Positions 38,256 through 47,778 of a DNA stretch of 64,000 bases are shown piece after piece. Position numbers and translations under genes: made by a program. The stretch comes from an uncultured Dehalococcoidia bacterium (GTDB lineage Bacteria; Chloroflexota; Dehalococcoidia; Lucifugimonadales; UBA3495): positions 64,001-128,000 of the forward strand of contig CATMOE010000002.1 of NCBI GenBank assembly GCA_950072105.1. The letters are read 5' to 3'. The notes beneath the pieces are model-generated. The model was not told the DNA's origin. It saw only the letters and a list, made by a program, of their open reading frames with translations, and searched no databases. Position 1 is the first letter of the stretch, and every line of letters begins with the position of its first letter.

Positions 38256-39068
38256 ATGCCGGAACGACCTAGACTGGAAGGTAAAGTAGCCATCGTCACC
38301 GGGGCCGGGTCCAGCGGGCCTGGGATCGGCAACGGAAAGGCGACCTCGCTGTTGTTTGCCCGGGAAGGGGCCAAGGTATTGCTGGTGGACGCCACCCTGG
38401 AACGGGCCGAAGAAACGCAAAGGATGATCCAGGAAGAAGGAGGAGAGGCCTCCGTGTTCGAGGCCGACATGACCAACCGCGACGATTGCCAGGCGATGGC
38501 GGACGCGGCCGTGGAGCGCTACGGCCGGCTGGATATCTTGGACAATAACGTTGGTATGTCCATGCGGGGAACGGTGGTGGACGTTAGCGAGGACGACTGG
38601 GACCGCATCATCGCGGTCAACGTGAAAAGCATGATCTTCGCCAGCGGCGCCGCGATTCCTTACATGATAAAAAGCGGCGGCGGATCCATCATCAACATTT
38701 CGTCCATCGCCGGGCTCCGGGCCCATTCCCAAACACCTTACACCACCACCAAAACCGCCGTTATCGGTCTGACTTTTTCGATGGCGGCTGATCATGGTAA
38801 GGACAACATCCGGGTCAACTGCATCGCTCCGGGCCTGCTGCACACGCCGATGACCGCTCCCCGGATGAACGACGAGCAGCGCGAGCAACGCAAGTCCGCG
38901 GCGCCCCTGGGCACCGAGGGAACCGGTTGGGACGTCGGTTGGGCTGCGGTCTTCCTGGCCAGCGAAGAGGCCCGCTGGATCACCGGGATAGTTCTGCCGG
39001 TGGAGGCGGGCTTAACCGTGACTAGCCCGGTCACTTACACGACTATAGGTCAGCAAGCCCGGTTCTAG
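38256..39068 (+). CDS. SDR family oxidoreductase
   Basis: VTGAG....IGNG, NNVG, YTTTK, IRVNCIAPG. Confidence 0.92.
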   Translation: MPERPRLEGKVAIVTGAGSSGPGIGNGKATSLLFAREGAKVLLVDATLERAEETQRMIQEEGGEASVFEADMTNRDDCQAMADAAVERYGRLDILDNNVGMSMRGTVVDVSEDDWDRIIAVNVKSMIFASGAAIPYMIKSGGGSIINISSIAGLRAHSQTPYTTTKTAVIGLTFSMAADHGKDNIRVNCIAPGLLHTPMTAPRMNDEQREQRKSAAPLGTEGTGWDVGWAAVFLASEEARWITGIVLPVEAGLTVTSPVTYTTIGQQARF

Positions 39069-39083
39069 AAGCAGGCCGGGATG

Positions 39084-39150
39084 TGGTTCGACAGGCTCAC
39101 CACGAACGGTAATTACTTCTTCTCACGTTCGTCCTGAGCTTGTCGAAGGA
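39084..39150. repeat. Palindromic repeat family B copy
   Basis: Arms nearly identical to 6124-6190. Confidence 0.85.
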
Positions 39151-39154
39151 CCTT

Positions 39155-40696
39155 TCACCTGGATCGAGCCAGGTCACCCACGGCCTTCACTCGGACTAGG
39201 GTGGCGTTGCTGGGGAGGTAGGTTAGTGGGACTTCGTCGATCTCCACGACTTCCACCGTGTCCCGTTTGGCGCCGGCGGCTACCGCTTTGTTGATAGCCT
39301 CGGCTCGGGCTTCGGCCAAGGCCTCTTGACGGCTCGTAGACTCGAGAGAATAAACCCTTTCAACCTGACCACCTACCTGGGCGATAGCCGCTCCGATGGC
39401 GTTGGCGACGTCGCCATGTTCCGGGCGCAGCACCTGAGAAGCTCCGCTTAGGGAGCTGTCCGCCAGGATGCGACCCCCGCCTACCAGGACAACGGGCACA
39501 TCCGTAGAGCTGACCTTGACTTGGTCGATGGCGGTTTCCATTCTGTGCTGAATCTCTTGCGACGCCTGCTCCACCAACGAGCTTGCCAGCCCTTGTACTA
39601 GAGCGGGGTTTCCGACTTGGGCCAGTCCCGCGGACACGGCAATATCGGTACCGGTCAGCGTGCCACCGCCGAAAACTATCGCTTCCTCGGTTAAACGGTA
39701 CCCCACGCTGTTGGGGCCGATGCGCAGTGGATTTTCTTGGATAACGCTGCCCCCGCCCAAGGGAATAGATAGTACGTCCGGCATCCGGAAATTGGTCCGC
39801 ACGCCGGCTATGCTGACCGCCACCGCCGCTTCCCGGGGGAAACCCTTGACCAAAGCGCCCACGTCAGTGGAGGTGCCGCCCACGTCCACCACGATGCCGT
39901 CGCGGACACCGGATAAGAAGGCAGCACCTCGCATGCTGTTGGTGGGGCCTGAAGATATCGTTAGCACCGGAAACCGGGCGGCGAATTCAGCGTCCATCAG
40001 CGTCCCGTCGTTCTGGCTCATGTACAGAGGAGCTTCGAGGCCCAAGGATCTGATGGCGTTTTGGATGCCCTGAATGGTACGCGCCGCGACATCGCCGAGA
40101 CAGGCGTTGAGCGCGGCGGCGTTTTCCCGTTCCAGCAGGCCGATGCGCCCATTCTCGTGGGAGAGGGTTATCTTGAGACCGGGAGCTACCCGGCTTATCA
40201 CGGCGGCGGCCTCGATCTCGTGGGCCGGGTTCACCGGGGAGAACACCCCGGAGATGGCGACGGCCCGTACCCCTTGACGCAGCATTTCTTTCGCCGCGTC
40301 AGCAACTTTCGAGGCGTCAAAGGAAGAGATTTCCCTGCCATCGAACTCGTGTCCACCAGGCACCATGTAGGTGAATCCGCCGATGGCATCCCGCAAGGGG
40401 CCGGGCCAGTCCACCAGAGGAGGAAGTAGAGTGGTGGCGGGAAGACACAACCGGATGACCGCGGTTGGAGTCAGTTGCCGGCTCTCTAGGAGGGCGTTGG
40501 TGAAGTGGGTGGTGCCCACCATCACTCCATCCACCGTTCCATCGGAAGGCCGCTGGGCAAGAACCTCTGTCAAGGCGGCCACGATACCCTCGGTTACGTC
40601 GGGCGTAGTGGACAGCTTGGCCTTGGCCAGCAGCTCTACACCGTCCATCAGGACGGCGTCGGTGTTGGTTCCCCCCACGTCGACGCCTATAAACAC
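39155..40696 (-). CDS. Hydantoinase/oxoprolinase family protein
   Basis: GVDVGGTNTD, SGPTNSMRGA, DVGGTSTD, VANA.GAA. Confidence 0.9.
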   Translation of the reverse strand: MFIGVDVGGTNTDAVLMDGVELLAKAKLSTTPDVTEGIVAALTEVLAQRPSDGTVDGVMVGTTHFTNALLESRQLTPTAVIRLCLPATTLLPPLVDWPGPLRDAIGGFTYMVPGGHEFDGREISSFDASKVADAAKEMLRQGVRAVAISGVFSPVNPAHEIEAAAVISRVAPGLKITLSHENGRIGLLERENAAALNACLGDVAARTIQGIQNAIRSLGLEAPLYMSQNDGTLMDAEFAARFPVLTISSGPTNSMRGAAFLSGVRDGIVVDVGGTSTDVGALVKGFPREAAVAVSIAGVRTNFRMPDVLSIPLGGGSVIQENPLRIGPNSVGYRLTEEAIVFGGGTLTGTDIAVSAGLAQVGNPALVQGLASSLVEQASQEIQHRMETAIDQVKVSSTDVPVVLVGGGRILADSSLSGASQVLRPEHGDVANAIGAAIAQVGGQVERVYSLESTSRQEALAEARAEAINKAVAAGAKRDTVEVVEIDEVPLTYLPSNATLVRVKAVGDLARSR

Positions 40697-40765
40697 GTTA
40701 GTATTGACTCCTGTCGGTTATACTCATTCGCCCTATTATTTAGGTTACGCAAGCGTGTCCTGTAG

Positions 40766-41836
40766 TCACAACTGGATCGGGGAGAAGTCGGTGTCATAGC
40801 CGAAGACTCGGGGTCCGGCCACCGCTAATCCTTCCGGAGTTGTCCACAGGTCAGGCGCGGGCAAACCCAGGACGATTACCCGCAACCCGTAGCGCAGCAA
40901 CTCCGTGGTCACCGGCTCCCCGGTCTCCGAGTCTACGACGCAGATCAGGTCCGGGACGGTGCACACGATCTGCCCGTCACGGCGGGCGATGAGGTTTTCA
41001 TTCTGGAACTCGATGGCCAACCGTTCGCCGTTGTAGTCCGCCAGTCCCTCGATGGATAGGCTACCCCGGGCGAAGCCCGCTGTCGTCCGCCGATCCACGT
41101 CGGCGATTTTACCATTGAACAGAATCTTGCCCGGACACGTGCCTAAGATGGATTCGATTGGGTCTTCACCACGCACACGAGCGGTAATGACCGCGTCTCC
41201 CAAGTTCCGGGCCAAGGATAGAGTGTTCAGCACCGCCGTCCGCCGAACCTGCTCAGCGGTCATGGGAGCTACGGCGTAGCAGGCGACGCATCCCATCTGA
41301 ACCGTTATCGCCCGGGCCAGTCGTTCGGCCCATGCCGGGCTGATGGTTTCGGGGATGACCACGGTGTTGCCCTTTTCGTCGGCGATGGCCATGGGGCAGC
41401 AAGGCACTCCGTAGACGAAGAAGGTTTTCATCTGAAACTCGGGAAAGGCCCGGCCCATGCCGTCTGCGTCGACCACTGGGAGGCCAGTCATGGCCGCCGG
41501 TATCAACGGCTCCACCGAGTTGCTCCCCCCGATCTCGTTGGATATGAGGGCGGTGGCTTTCTTGCCGGTGAACTCTTCGATGGCCCGAAGAGCGTAAAGC
41601 GATTGGAGGTCCCGCACCTTCTCAATCCCAACCGTAGGCGCACCGATGCCTCCCACGCAGATGACCTGGGCATCGTCAGGCAGTTCATCCGGGTCCAGCA
41701 CTGTTACCGGGCCGTGCTCTTTGATCGCCTGCCGGGCTCGAAGCTGACCTATATAGGGGTTGCCGCCCCCGCCCGTGCCCAATATCCCCGCGCCCATGGC
41801 GATGGCTTCCAGGTTGTCCTCGTTGGCTTCCCACAT
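40766..41836 (-). CDS. DUF917 family protein
   Basis: G..ILGTGGGG.P, GAPTV..EK, EIGG.N, D.D.MGRAFPE.QM, FQNE.L, VPDLI; AGGAG RBS before ATG 41836. Confidence 0.9.
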   Translation of the reverse strand: MWEANEDNLEAIAMGAGILGTGGGGNPYIGQLRARQAIKEHGPVTVLDPDELPDDAQVICVGGIGAPTVGIEKVRDLQSLYALRAIEEFTGKKATALISNEIGGSNSVEPLIPAAMTGLPVVDADGMGRAFPEFQMKTFFVYGVPCCPMAIADEKGNTVVIPETISPAWAERLARAITVQMGCVACYAVAPMTAEQVRRTAVLNTLSLARNLGDAVITARVRGEDPIESILGTCPGKILFNGKIADVDRRTTAGFARGSLSIEGLADYNGERLAIEFQNENLIARRDGQIVCTVPDLICVVDSETGEPVTTELLRYGLRVIVLGLPAPDLWTTPEGLAVAGPRVFGYDTDFSPIQL

Positions 41837-41909
41837 ATGTGGTGTGTCTCCTGATTGTCGCACCGGGGTAGGCCGGCGTCCACGGCTAAACAGGTTGCCA
41901 GCGGGTCCG

Positions 41910-41936
41910 TGGATTCCGGTATGCGCCGGAATGACG
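41910..41936. repeat. Short palindromic element, family C (ATTCCGG-N6-CCGGAAT, VIPAxAGI-type)
   Basis: Minus strand reads CGTCATTCCGGCGCATACCGGAATCCA; single copy in the window. Confidence 0.5.
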
Positions 41937-41967
41937 GGAACCCTCCTGGTGGCGTGGCAACTACCGT

Positions 41968-42015
41968 TATACAATGGGCGGCATCATCCTGTATACAATG
42001 GGCGGCATCATCCTG
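41968..42015 (+). repeat. Perfect 24-bp tandem duplication
   Basis: TATACAATGGGCGGCATCATCCTG x2. Confidence 0.9.
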
Positions 42016-42070
42016 ACAAATTTGGGCCGCTAAAGACGGGAGAGCCAACGAGCGCCGGAGGGGGAACAGA

Positions 42071-44404
42071 TTGGGTTACACAGGACAGCCAGTCAGAAGA
42101 TTTGAAGATGCCAGGCTCGTGTCCGGGCAGGGTTCGTATGTGGATGACATCAAGATTCCGGGGATGCTTCACGCCGCTTTCCTGCGCAGTCCCCATGCGC
42201 ATGCCCGAATCAGGTCCGTAGATGTGGCGGCTGCGCAAGAGATGCCCGGCGTGGAGGTTGTACTGACCGGAGAGGACATATTAGGAATCGTTCCGGACCT
42301 GCCTACCAGGTCAATGAGCGGGGAGTGGGAGGTGGACGAATTCAACGCTCCGGAGCATCCTGCCCTGGCCGTGGGGAAAGTTTCCTACGTGGGGCAGACG
42401 GTGGCGGTGGTGGTGGCTCAAGACCCTGGCCAGGCTAGAGACGCCCTTGAAATGATACAAGTCGACTACGAACCGCTGCCGGTGGTGTTGGACCCATGGG
42501 AGGCGGCTTCTCCGGACTCCATCCCGATCCATGAAGAGTTGGGCACCAACGTGGCGTTGCGCATCCACCACGACCGGCAGGGCGAAGAACTGGATAAAGC
42601 CTTTTCCCAAGCCGACCTGATCGTGGAGCAGCGTTACGACGTGCAAAGGTTGGCGCCGGTGCCGATGGAGACGAGGGGCCTGGTCGCCCACTACCAGCCC
42701 GAAGACGATTTCCTGACCATCTGGGCCTCGACCCAAGGGGCCCATCGGGTGCAAAAGCAAATTTCCCGGCTGCTGGATTTCCCAGAAGCAAAGATTCGTG
42801 TGATCGCTCCCGACGTGGGCGGTGGGTTTGGCGAGAAGGGCGGCGTGTTTCCCGAAGATTTGGCGGTGTCCTACTTGGCGCTGAAGCTGGGCAAGCCAAT
42901 CAAGTGGGTGGCGGACCGGCAGGAGAACATGCTGGGGTTCCATGGCCGGGGACATTCGGTGAATGTGGAAGCCGCCGTACAGAATGACGGAACGATATTG
43001 GGCATCCGCCTCCAGATCGTTGGCGACGGCGGGGCTTATTTCGGCAACTCGACACCGGGACCGCCCTACCGGGCCAGTCACCGCATCATCGGTCCCTACA
43101 AGACTCCGACGGCGAGAATCGAGGTGCTGGGAGTCGTTACCAACAAGCCGCCCACCGGCGCTTACCGGGGGGCGGGAGGCCCTGAGTCGGCATTTTGCAT
43201 GGAGCGGACGGTGGACCTGGTGGCCCAAGAGTTGGGTTTGGACCCGGTGGAGGTGCGAAGAATCAACTTTATCTCCTCCGATGATTTCCCTTACCTGACG
43301 CCTACCGGCCTTATCTACGACACCGGCGACTATGACACAGTGTTCGACCGGACCCTGGAAATGGCCGACTACTCCGGATGGCGCGAAAAGGCCCGGGAAA
43401 GCAAGAACGGAAACGGCCCTCTCATCGGCGTAGGCGTGGCGACCGTGATCAAGATGTCCGGAGGGTCGGGAGAGTCGAGAAACGAGGAAGCCTGGCTCAA
43501 GATTGAGCCGGACGGCCGGATCACGGCGCTGACCGGCATTTCTCCCCACGGCCAAGGCTCGGCAACAGCGTTTGCCCAGGTTGTGGCCGACCAGTTGGGG
43601 GTGACGCCCGCCGACGTTCAGGTATTGCACGGAGACACGGCCGTGGTGCCTTCAGGCGGTGGTACCGGCGCGACCCGGGCCACCGTGGTCGGTGGATCCG
43701 CCCTTTACCTAGTTGCCGAGAAAGCCCACCACAAGTTGGTGAGCATCGCCGCCCATCAACTGGGGTGTGCCGAAGCAGACGTTGTTTTGGAAGAAGGACA
43801 GGCCTTCAGCAGTCATGACCCTGGGCGAACCGTTGCCTTCCGGGAGCTGGCGGCCGCGGCTTATAGCGAAGAGCGGTTGCCACCGGGCGTTACGGCGGGT
43901 CTGGACTTCAGCGGAAGCTTTACGCTGGGTCAACCCTATCAAAGCCCCCACTCATTCAGCACCCACGTGGTGGCAGTCCAAGTTAGCCGGGAGAACGGCA
44001 TGGTGGAAATCCTGAACTATACCGCCATCCATGACTGCGGCCGAATACTTAACCCTATGCTGGTTGAGGGTCAGGTCCATGGGGGTATAGCCCAGGGGAT
44101 CGGGCAGGCATTGTGGGAAGGAGTGGCCTATTCCCCGGATGGCCAACCCCTGACCGCCAGCCTGATGGACTACGCCATGCCCTTGGCGCAAGGTCTACCC
44201 GAGTTGAACTTGGACACTCACGAAACACCCTCCCCAATGAATCCGTTGGGAATCAAAGGAGTTGGAGAGTTGCCCACGGTGGCGGCTCCCGCCGCGGTAG
44301 CCAACGCGGTGATGGATGCCCTGTCCGGCTTCGGCGTGCGCCATATCGACACGCCGCTGACGCCGGAAAAAGTCTGGAACGCGATGCAGGGACGGACCGG
44401 ATGA
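42071..44404 (+). CDS. Xanthine dehydrogenase family molybdopterin-binding subunit (CoxL/CutL-like)
   Basis: RSPHAHA, PMETRG, DVGGGFG.K, AYRGAG, GQ..GG..QG.G, KGVGE; TTG start. Confidence 0.9.
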   Translation: MGYTGQPVRRFEDARLVSGQGSYVDDIKIPGMLHAAFLRSPHAHARIRSVDVAAAQEMPGVEVVLTGEDILGIVPDLPTRSMSGEWEVDEFNAPEHPALAVGKVSYVGQTVAVVVAQDPGQARDALEMIQVDYEPLPVVLDPWEAASPDSIPIHEELGTNVALRIHHDRQGEELDKAFSQADLIVEQRYDVQRLAPVPMETRGLVAHYQPEDDFLTIWASTQGAHRVQKQISRLLDFPEAKIRVIAPDVGGGFGEKGGVFPEDLAVSYLALKLGKPIKWVADRQENMLGFHGRGHSVNVEAAVQNDGTILGIRLQIVGDGGAYFGNSTPGPPYRASHRIIGPYKTPTARIEVLGVVTNKPPTGAYRGAGGPESAFCMERTVDLVAQELGLDPVEVRRINFISSDDFPYLTPTGLIYDTGDYDTVFDRTLEMADYSGWREKARESKNGNGPLIGVGVATVIKMSGGSGESRNEEAWLKIEPDGRITALTGISPHGQGSATAFAQVVADQLGVTPADVQVLHGDTAVVPSGGGTGATRATVVGGSALYLVAEKAHHKLVSIAAHQLGCAEADVVLEEGQAFSSHDPGRTVAFRELAAAAYSEERLPPGVTAGLDFSGSFTLGQPYQSPHSFSTHVVAVQVSRENGMVEILNYTAIHDCGRILNPMLVEGQVHGGIAQGIGQALWEGVAYSPDGQPLTASLMDYAMPLAQGLPELNLDTHETPSPMNPLGIKGVGELPTVAAPAAVANAVMDALSGFGVRHIDTPLTPEKVWNAMQGRTG

Positions 44405-44437
44405 GGTTAACTGCTTAAACAGCCAATACCGCCAGCC

Positions 44438-44596
44438 CTATCTCTGGCTACGGATATATTCAACGAGGAAAAGGACTCCGCTCACGAAGATTATCGTGAT
44501 GCCTACGTTGATGTCCAGGTTATCGGTGCTTGCGGCGACCGCCCCGGCTAGCATGGCGATGGCGGCGGCGAGCAGCCGCACTTGCACGTTGGTCAT
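44438..44596 (-). CDS. Small two-helix membrane protein
   Basis: Two hydrophobic segments; ATGA overlap with the upstream propeller gene. Confidence 0.5.
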   Translation of the reverse strand: MTNVQVRLLAAAIAMLAGAVAASTDNLDINVGITIIFVSGVLFLVEYIRSQR

Positions 44597-45570
44597 GGGA
44601 GCTCCCGAACTATCCCAGGAGACCAATCAGGATAGCTTTCATCCGCCGGGTTGTTAGTCAGGTTTGTCTGGTTGGATCCATCGGGACTCATCACGTATAT
44701 CTCCTCGTTACCGTCCCTCCCGGACGTGAAAGCGATCTGGCGGCCATCGGGAGACCAAGCAGGCCACGCATCTGAGCTATCGTTATCGGTGAGCCTGGTT
44801 TGGTTCAAGCCATCCGAGTTCATGACATATATCTCCCGGTTGCCGTCTCTCTCTGAAACAAAGGCCAGCCTCTTCCCATCGGAAGACCAGGAGGGAAAGA
44901 AGTCGGATTCTGGATGGTTCGTGAGGTTGGTCACTTCCGACCCGGTTGCAGTCATGACGTAGACCTCGCTGTTGCCGTCCCTGGTTGACGTGAACGCGAT
45001 CTTTGCGCCATCGGGTGACCAGGAAGGATGCACGTCGGTAGACGCCCCGAAATTAGTGAGGCTGACGGGGTTAGAGCCCGTGGCGTTCATCATGAATATC
45101 TCGAATAGCACGACTTGCCGGTGGAAAGCTATCTTTGACCCGTCAGGGGACCACTTGGGGAAAGCGTCGAATCCGGGGTTATTGGTGAGGCGGGTCTGAT
45201 TGGATCCATCGGCGTCCATTACATAAACCTCCGACCCCTCCCGGCTGCCGTCCCGGTCAGACGTGAAAGCGATCCGTTTGGCGTCGGGAGACCATGCGGG
45301 CGCATCGTCCTCAGACGGGTCGTTGGTAAGTCTCGTTAGGCCGGAGCCATCGGCATTCATGGTGTAGATCTCATGGTTGCCGTCTCTATTGGACCGAAAA
45401 GCGAGAAGGGAAGGCCGTTCTGTCAGGTTGGTGTCTGCGGGGGCCAATGTCTGAGGAGTCGCCGGAGTATCTTCCGGGCCGCCACAGGCAATCATCAGCA
45501 ACAATACGAACAGCGACGTAATCACAACTATGGGATGTACCGCTACTTTAGCCGCTAATTTTTGCAGCAC
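44593..45570 (-). CDS. TolB-like PD40-repeat lipoprotein
   Basis: Lipobox MIAC; repeats of P.WSPDG..IAF.S.RDGN.EIY.M..DGS..T.LT. Confidence 0.9.
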   Translation of the reverse strand: MLQKLAAKVAVHPIVVITSLFVLLLMIACGGPEDTPATPQTLAPADTNLTERPSLLAFRSNRDGNHEIYTMNADGSGLTRLTNDPSEDDAPAWSPDAKRIAFTSDRDGSREGSEVYVMDADGSNQTRLTNNPGFDAFPKWSPDGSKIAFHRQVVLFEIFMMNATGSNPVSLTNFGASTDVHPSWSPDGAKIAFTSTRDGNSEVYVMTATGSEVTNLTNHPESDFFPSWSSDGKRLAFVSERDGNREIYVMNSDGLNQTRLTDNDSSDAWPAWSPDGRQIAFTSGRDGNEEIYVMSPDGSNQTNLTNNPADESYPDWSPGIVRELP

Positions 45571-45842
45571 TTGAAAAACCTCACTTGGGACGTTCTTGCC
45601 TTTCCAGCTTCGTATAAGACGGAAAGGCCCTGGGAAAATTTCCTTTGCAGCGCATTTTAACTAGCCAATAGTTCGGCAGCATCCCCCGGATTGTGTATTC
45701 TGGTTCGACGATCCGGCCCATTAGGTTCCCGGCCTGAAGGCAACACTTCCCTTTGTGCGCCCGGACGTCTTAGGACCCATGACCAGGTGTGCCACTAGGA
45801 GTGCATTTTCGATAGATTGTCATGCCCGTCAGCCCAGAACTT

Positions 45843-46019
45843 CTAATTTCTGGTGAGCCGCAAAATAATCACAGGTTGTGATCCGAATGCTGGTGGAGAA
45901 ATTTGCATGTCGACTACTTCCCACCCTTCCTTTTCTTTCTCCGCGATACGTTCGTTCAATTCGAACTCTTTCTTCTCCGGGGTTCCGACCAAACCACGAA
46001 TCAATACCGTCGACTGCAT
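45843..46019 (-). CDS. Small hypothetical protein (DUF4177-like)
   Basis: GGAGGTG RBS; ELN......EGWEVV pattern. Confidence 0.55.
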   Translation of the reverse strand: MQSTVLIRGLVGTPEKKEFELNERIAEKEKEGWEVVDMQISPPAFGSQPVIILRLTRN

Positions 46020-46313
46020 AAGTAGCACCTCCGTTTAAGTCCCAGTGTTGTACGCCACTATGGCCACTGTTATTGATGTTGAATCAACCATACAGGGCAA
46101 GATCCTGGGCTGTAAACAGGCGTTAGGGGGATAGTGACATAGTCAAAAAGAACTATTTCGGTGTCCGCCAGACTGCCAGAGGACGAGGAGTTTCGGCCAA
46201 CGGCGTGTTGCTTGAAGGGAAAGTCTTTCCTGCCGTATCCAACCACGAGTGGGAGGAGGGACCGAGTGGTGGTAAAGCAGGCAGGGGTTTAATGTTTAGT
46301 GGCGAAGCCGGAG

Positions 46314-46745
46314 CTAAGCTGCTTCCCTCAGAATGGGCTCCAATGTCTGAATCATGGCAGATAGCCTGAATGAGAGTTCCACCAGGAAGTCGTCGTCGAG
46401 GGTGTCTAGTTCCACGGTCGTGTGAACACGGGTCCACCCTCGGACCCATTCCTCGACCTCAATGTCGGCGCCCAACGATTCCTTGATATCCTCTGACCGT
46501 TGGCTCATCAACTCAAGATACTCGAAGTTGGTGTCGGGGTCGGACTCGAAGTGAAGCCCTAGCTCTACCTCTTTCTTCTTTTTCTGGATATGGACCTCGT
46601 AGTGGACGGCAAGACGGTCGTAATACATCTTGGTGAGGCTGGTAGCCCGGTGGGCTATCTGGAAATCGGCGAACTCCGGTGGAAGTTGCTGCCTTAGTAG
46701 GTCTGGCAGAAGCTCCAGGAATTCTTTGGTCTTCATTGTCGTCAT
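46314..46745 (-). CDS. Hypothetical protein
   Basis: TAATG overlap with the upstream amidohydrolase; HYEV, E.GLHFE, EEW..GWTR motifs. Confidence 0.75.
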   Translation of the reverse strand: MTTMKTKEFLELLPDLLRQQLPPEFADFQIAHRATSLTKMYYDRLAVHYEVHIQKKKKEVELGLHFESDPDTNFEYLELMSQRSEDIKESLGADIEVEEWVRGWTRVHTTVELDTLDDDFLVELSFRLSAMIQTLEPILREAA

Positions 46746-47545
46746 TACAGGCCTATGAACAGCCTGGCGTTTTCGCCCAAGATGCCTTCCTTCTGGGTGT
46801 CGGACAGGGGGAGACTCTCGATGTAGTCGGACTCTTCGGCTTGACTGACCAGCGGGTAATCGGTGCCGAAGCAAACTTTATGGGCGCCGTGTTTGTTGAT
46901 GATGGCGGTTAGGGTGTCCGAGGCTATATCCCGCAGTGACGGCGGCCAGGTTGTGTCAACGAGCACGTTTCCCTGGCCGATGACTTCCCGCTCCGCCTCA
47001 TCCAACATGTAGAGTCCGCCTAGGTGGAGAGCAATCACTTTTAGGCGAGGGAATTGGCGGACCACGTTCATGATCCGCTCCGGCGCCGCATAAAGCGTTT
47101 CGTCCGGCTGGGCGTTGGGGAACCGGCCCGAGTGTATCTCAAGGACCATGTCGTCACCCAGTTCTTCGTAGACGGGGAACATCTGCGGGTCGTCAGGATA
47201 AAAGCTGTTCATCATGGGGTGAAGTTTGATGCCCTTGATGCCGTTCTCGCGGAGGCGGCGCACCTCGCCGGCTTTGTCATCCATGGCCGGATGTAACGCG
47301 CCGAAGGGCACGAGCATGTCATCTTGGATAGAGATGAGCCAGTCATTGGCCCGCCGCACCTGGTTGGGGCGGTCCACGATGCCCAGCACGATGGACTTGT
47401 CCACTCCTGAGGCCCGCATGTGGGCCTTGATACCGTCCACCGTGTTGGAGGAGACTGCCTCAAAGCCCAGGTCCTTGGTCATTGAGTCCAGCACAGCCTC
47501 GGCGATGCGGTCCGGCCAGACATGGGTGTGAACGTCTACCCGCAT
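46745..47545 (-). CDS. Amidohydrolase family 2 protein
   Basis: DVHTH, GIKGIKLHP, LHLGG, FGTDYP. Confidence 0.9.
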   Translation of the reverse strand: MRVDVHTHVWPDRIAEAVLDSMTKDLGFEAVSSNTVDGIKAHMRASGVDKSIVLGIVDRPNQVRRANDWLISIQDDMLVPFGALHPAMDDKAGEVRRLRENGIKGIKLHPMMNSFYPDDPQMFPVYEELGDDMVLEIHSGRFPNAQPDETLYAAPERIMNVVRQFPRLKVIALHLGGLYMLDEAEREVIGQGNVLVDTTWPPSLRDIASDTLTAIINKHGAHKVCFGTDYPLVSQAEESDYIESLPLSDTQKEGILGENARLFIGL

Positions 47546-47568
47546 AAGTTTTGACTCACTAAATCCTT

Positions 47569-47776
47569 AAAATCCCCCCAACCCCCCTTTACGAAAGCGG
47601 GGTTGGGGGGGTACCCGCTCAGCCGTGTTACTGGCTTTTCGGCGACCCTTGATGGGGATACTTTAATTCAAAATTATGGAACCGGCGACTGAAGACTCTC
47701 CGTTCGGCGGCATAGCTCAAACCGAGTCTTCCAACCCCCGATCTAGCCCCCTTTCGTAAAGGGGGTTGGGGGATTT
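47569..47776. repeat. Inverted pair of family A repeats flanking ~135 bp (REPIN/MITE-like)
   Basis: 47569-47611 forward copy and 47747-47776 reverse-complement copy. Confidence 0.75.
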
Positions 47777-47778
47777 CC

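Noticed and set aside
42071..44404. True aerobic CO dehydrogenase
   Set aside because: Lacks the AYxCSFR motif and adjacent coxM/coxS and accessory genes
46160..46310. RNase P RNA, suggested by GAAGGGAAAGTC resembling GAGGAAAGTCC
   Set aside because: Too short, and lacks the other universally conserved RNase P segments
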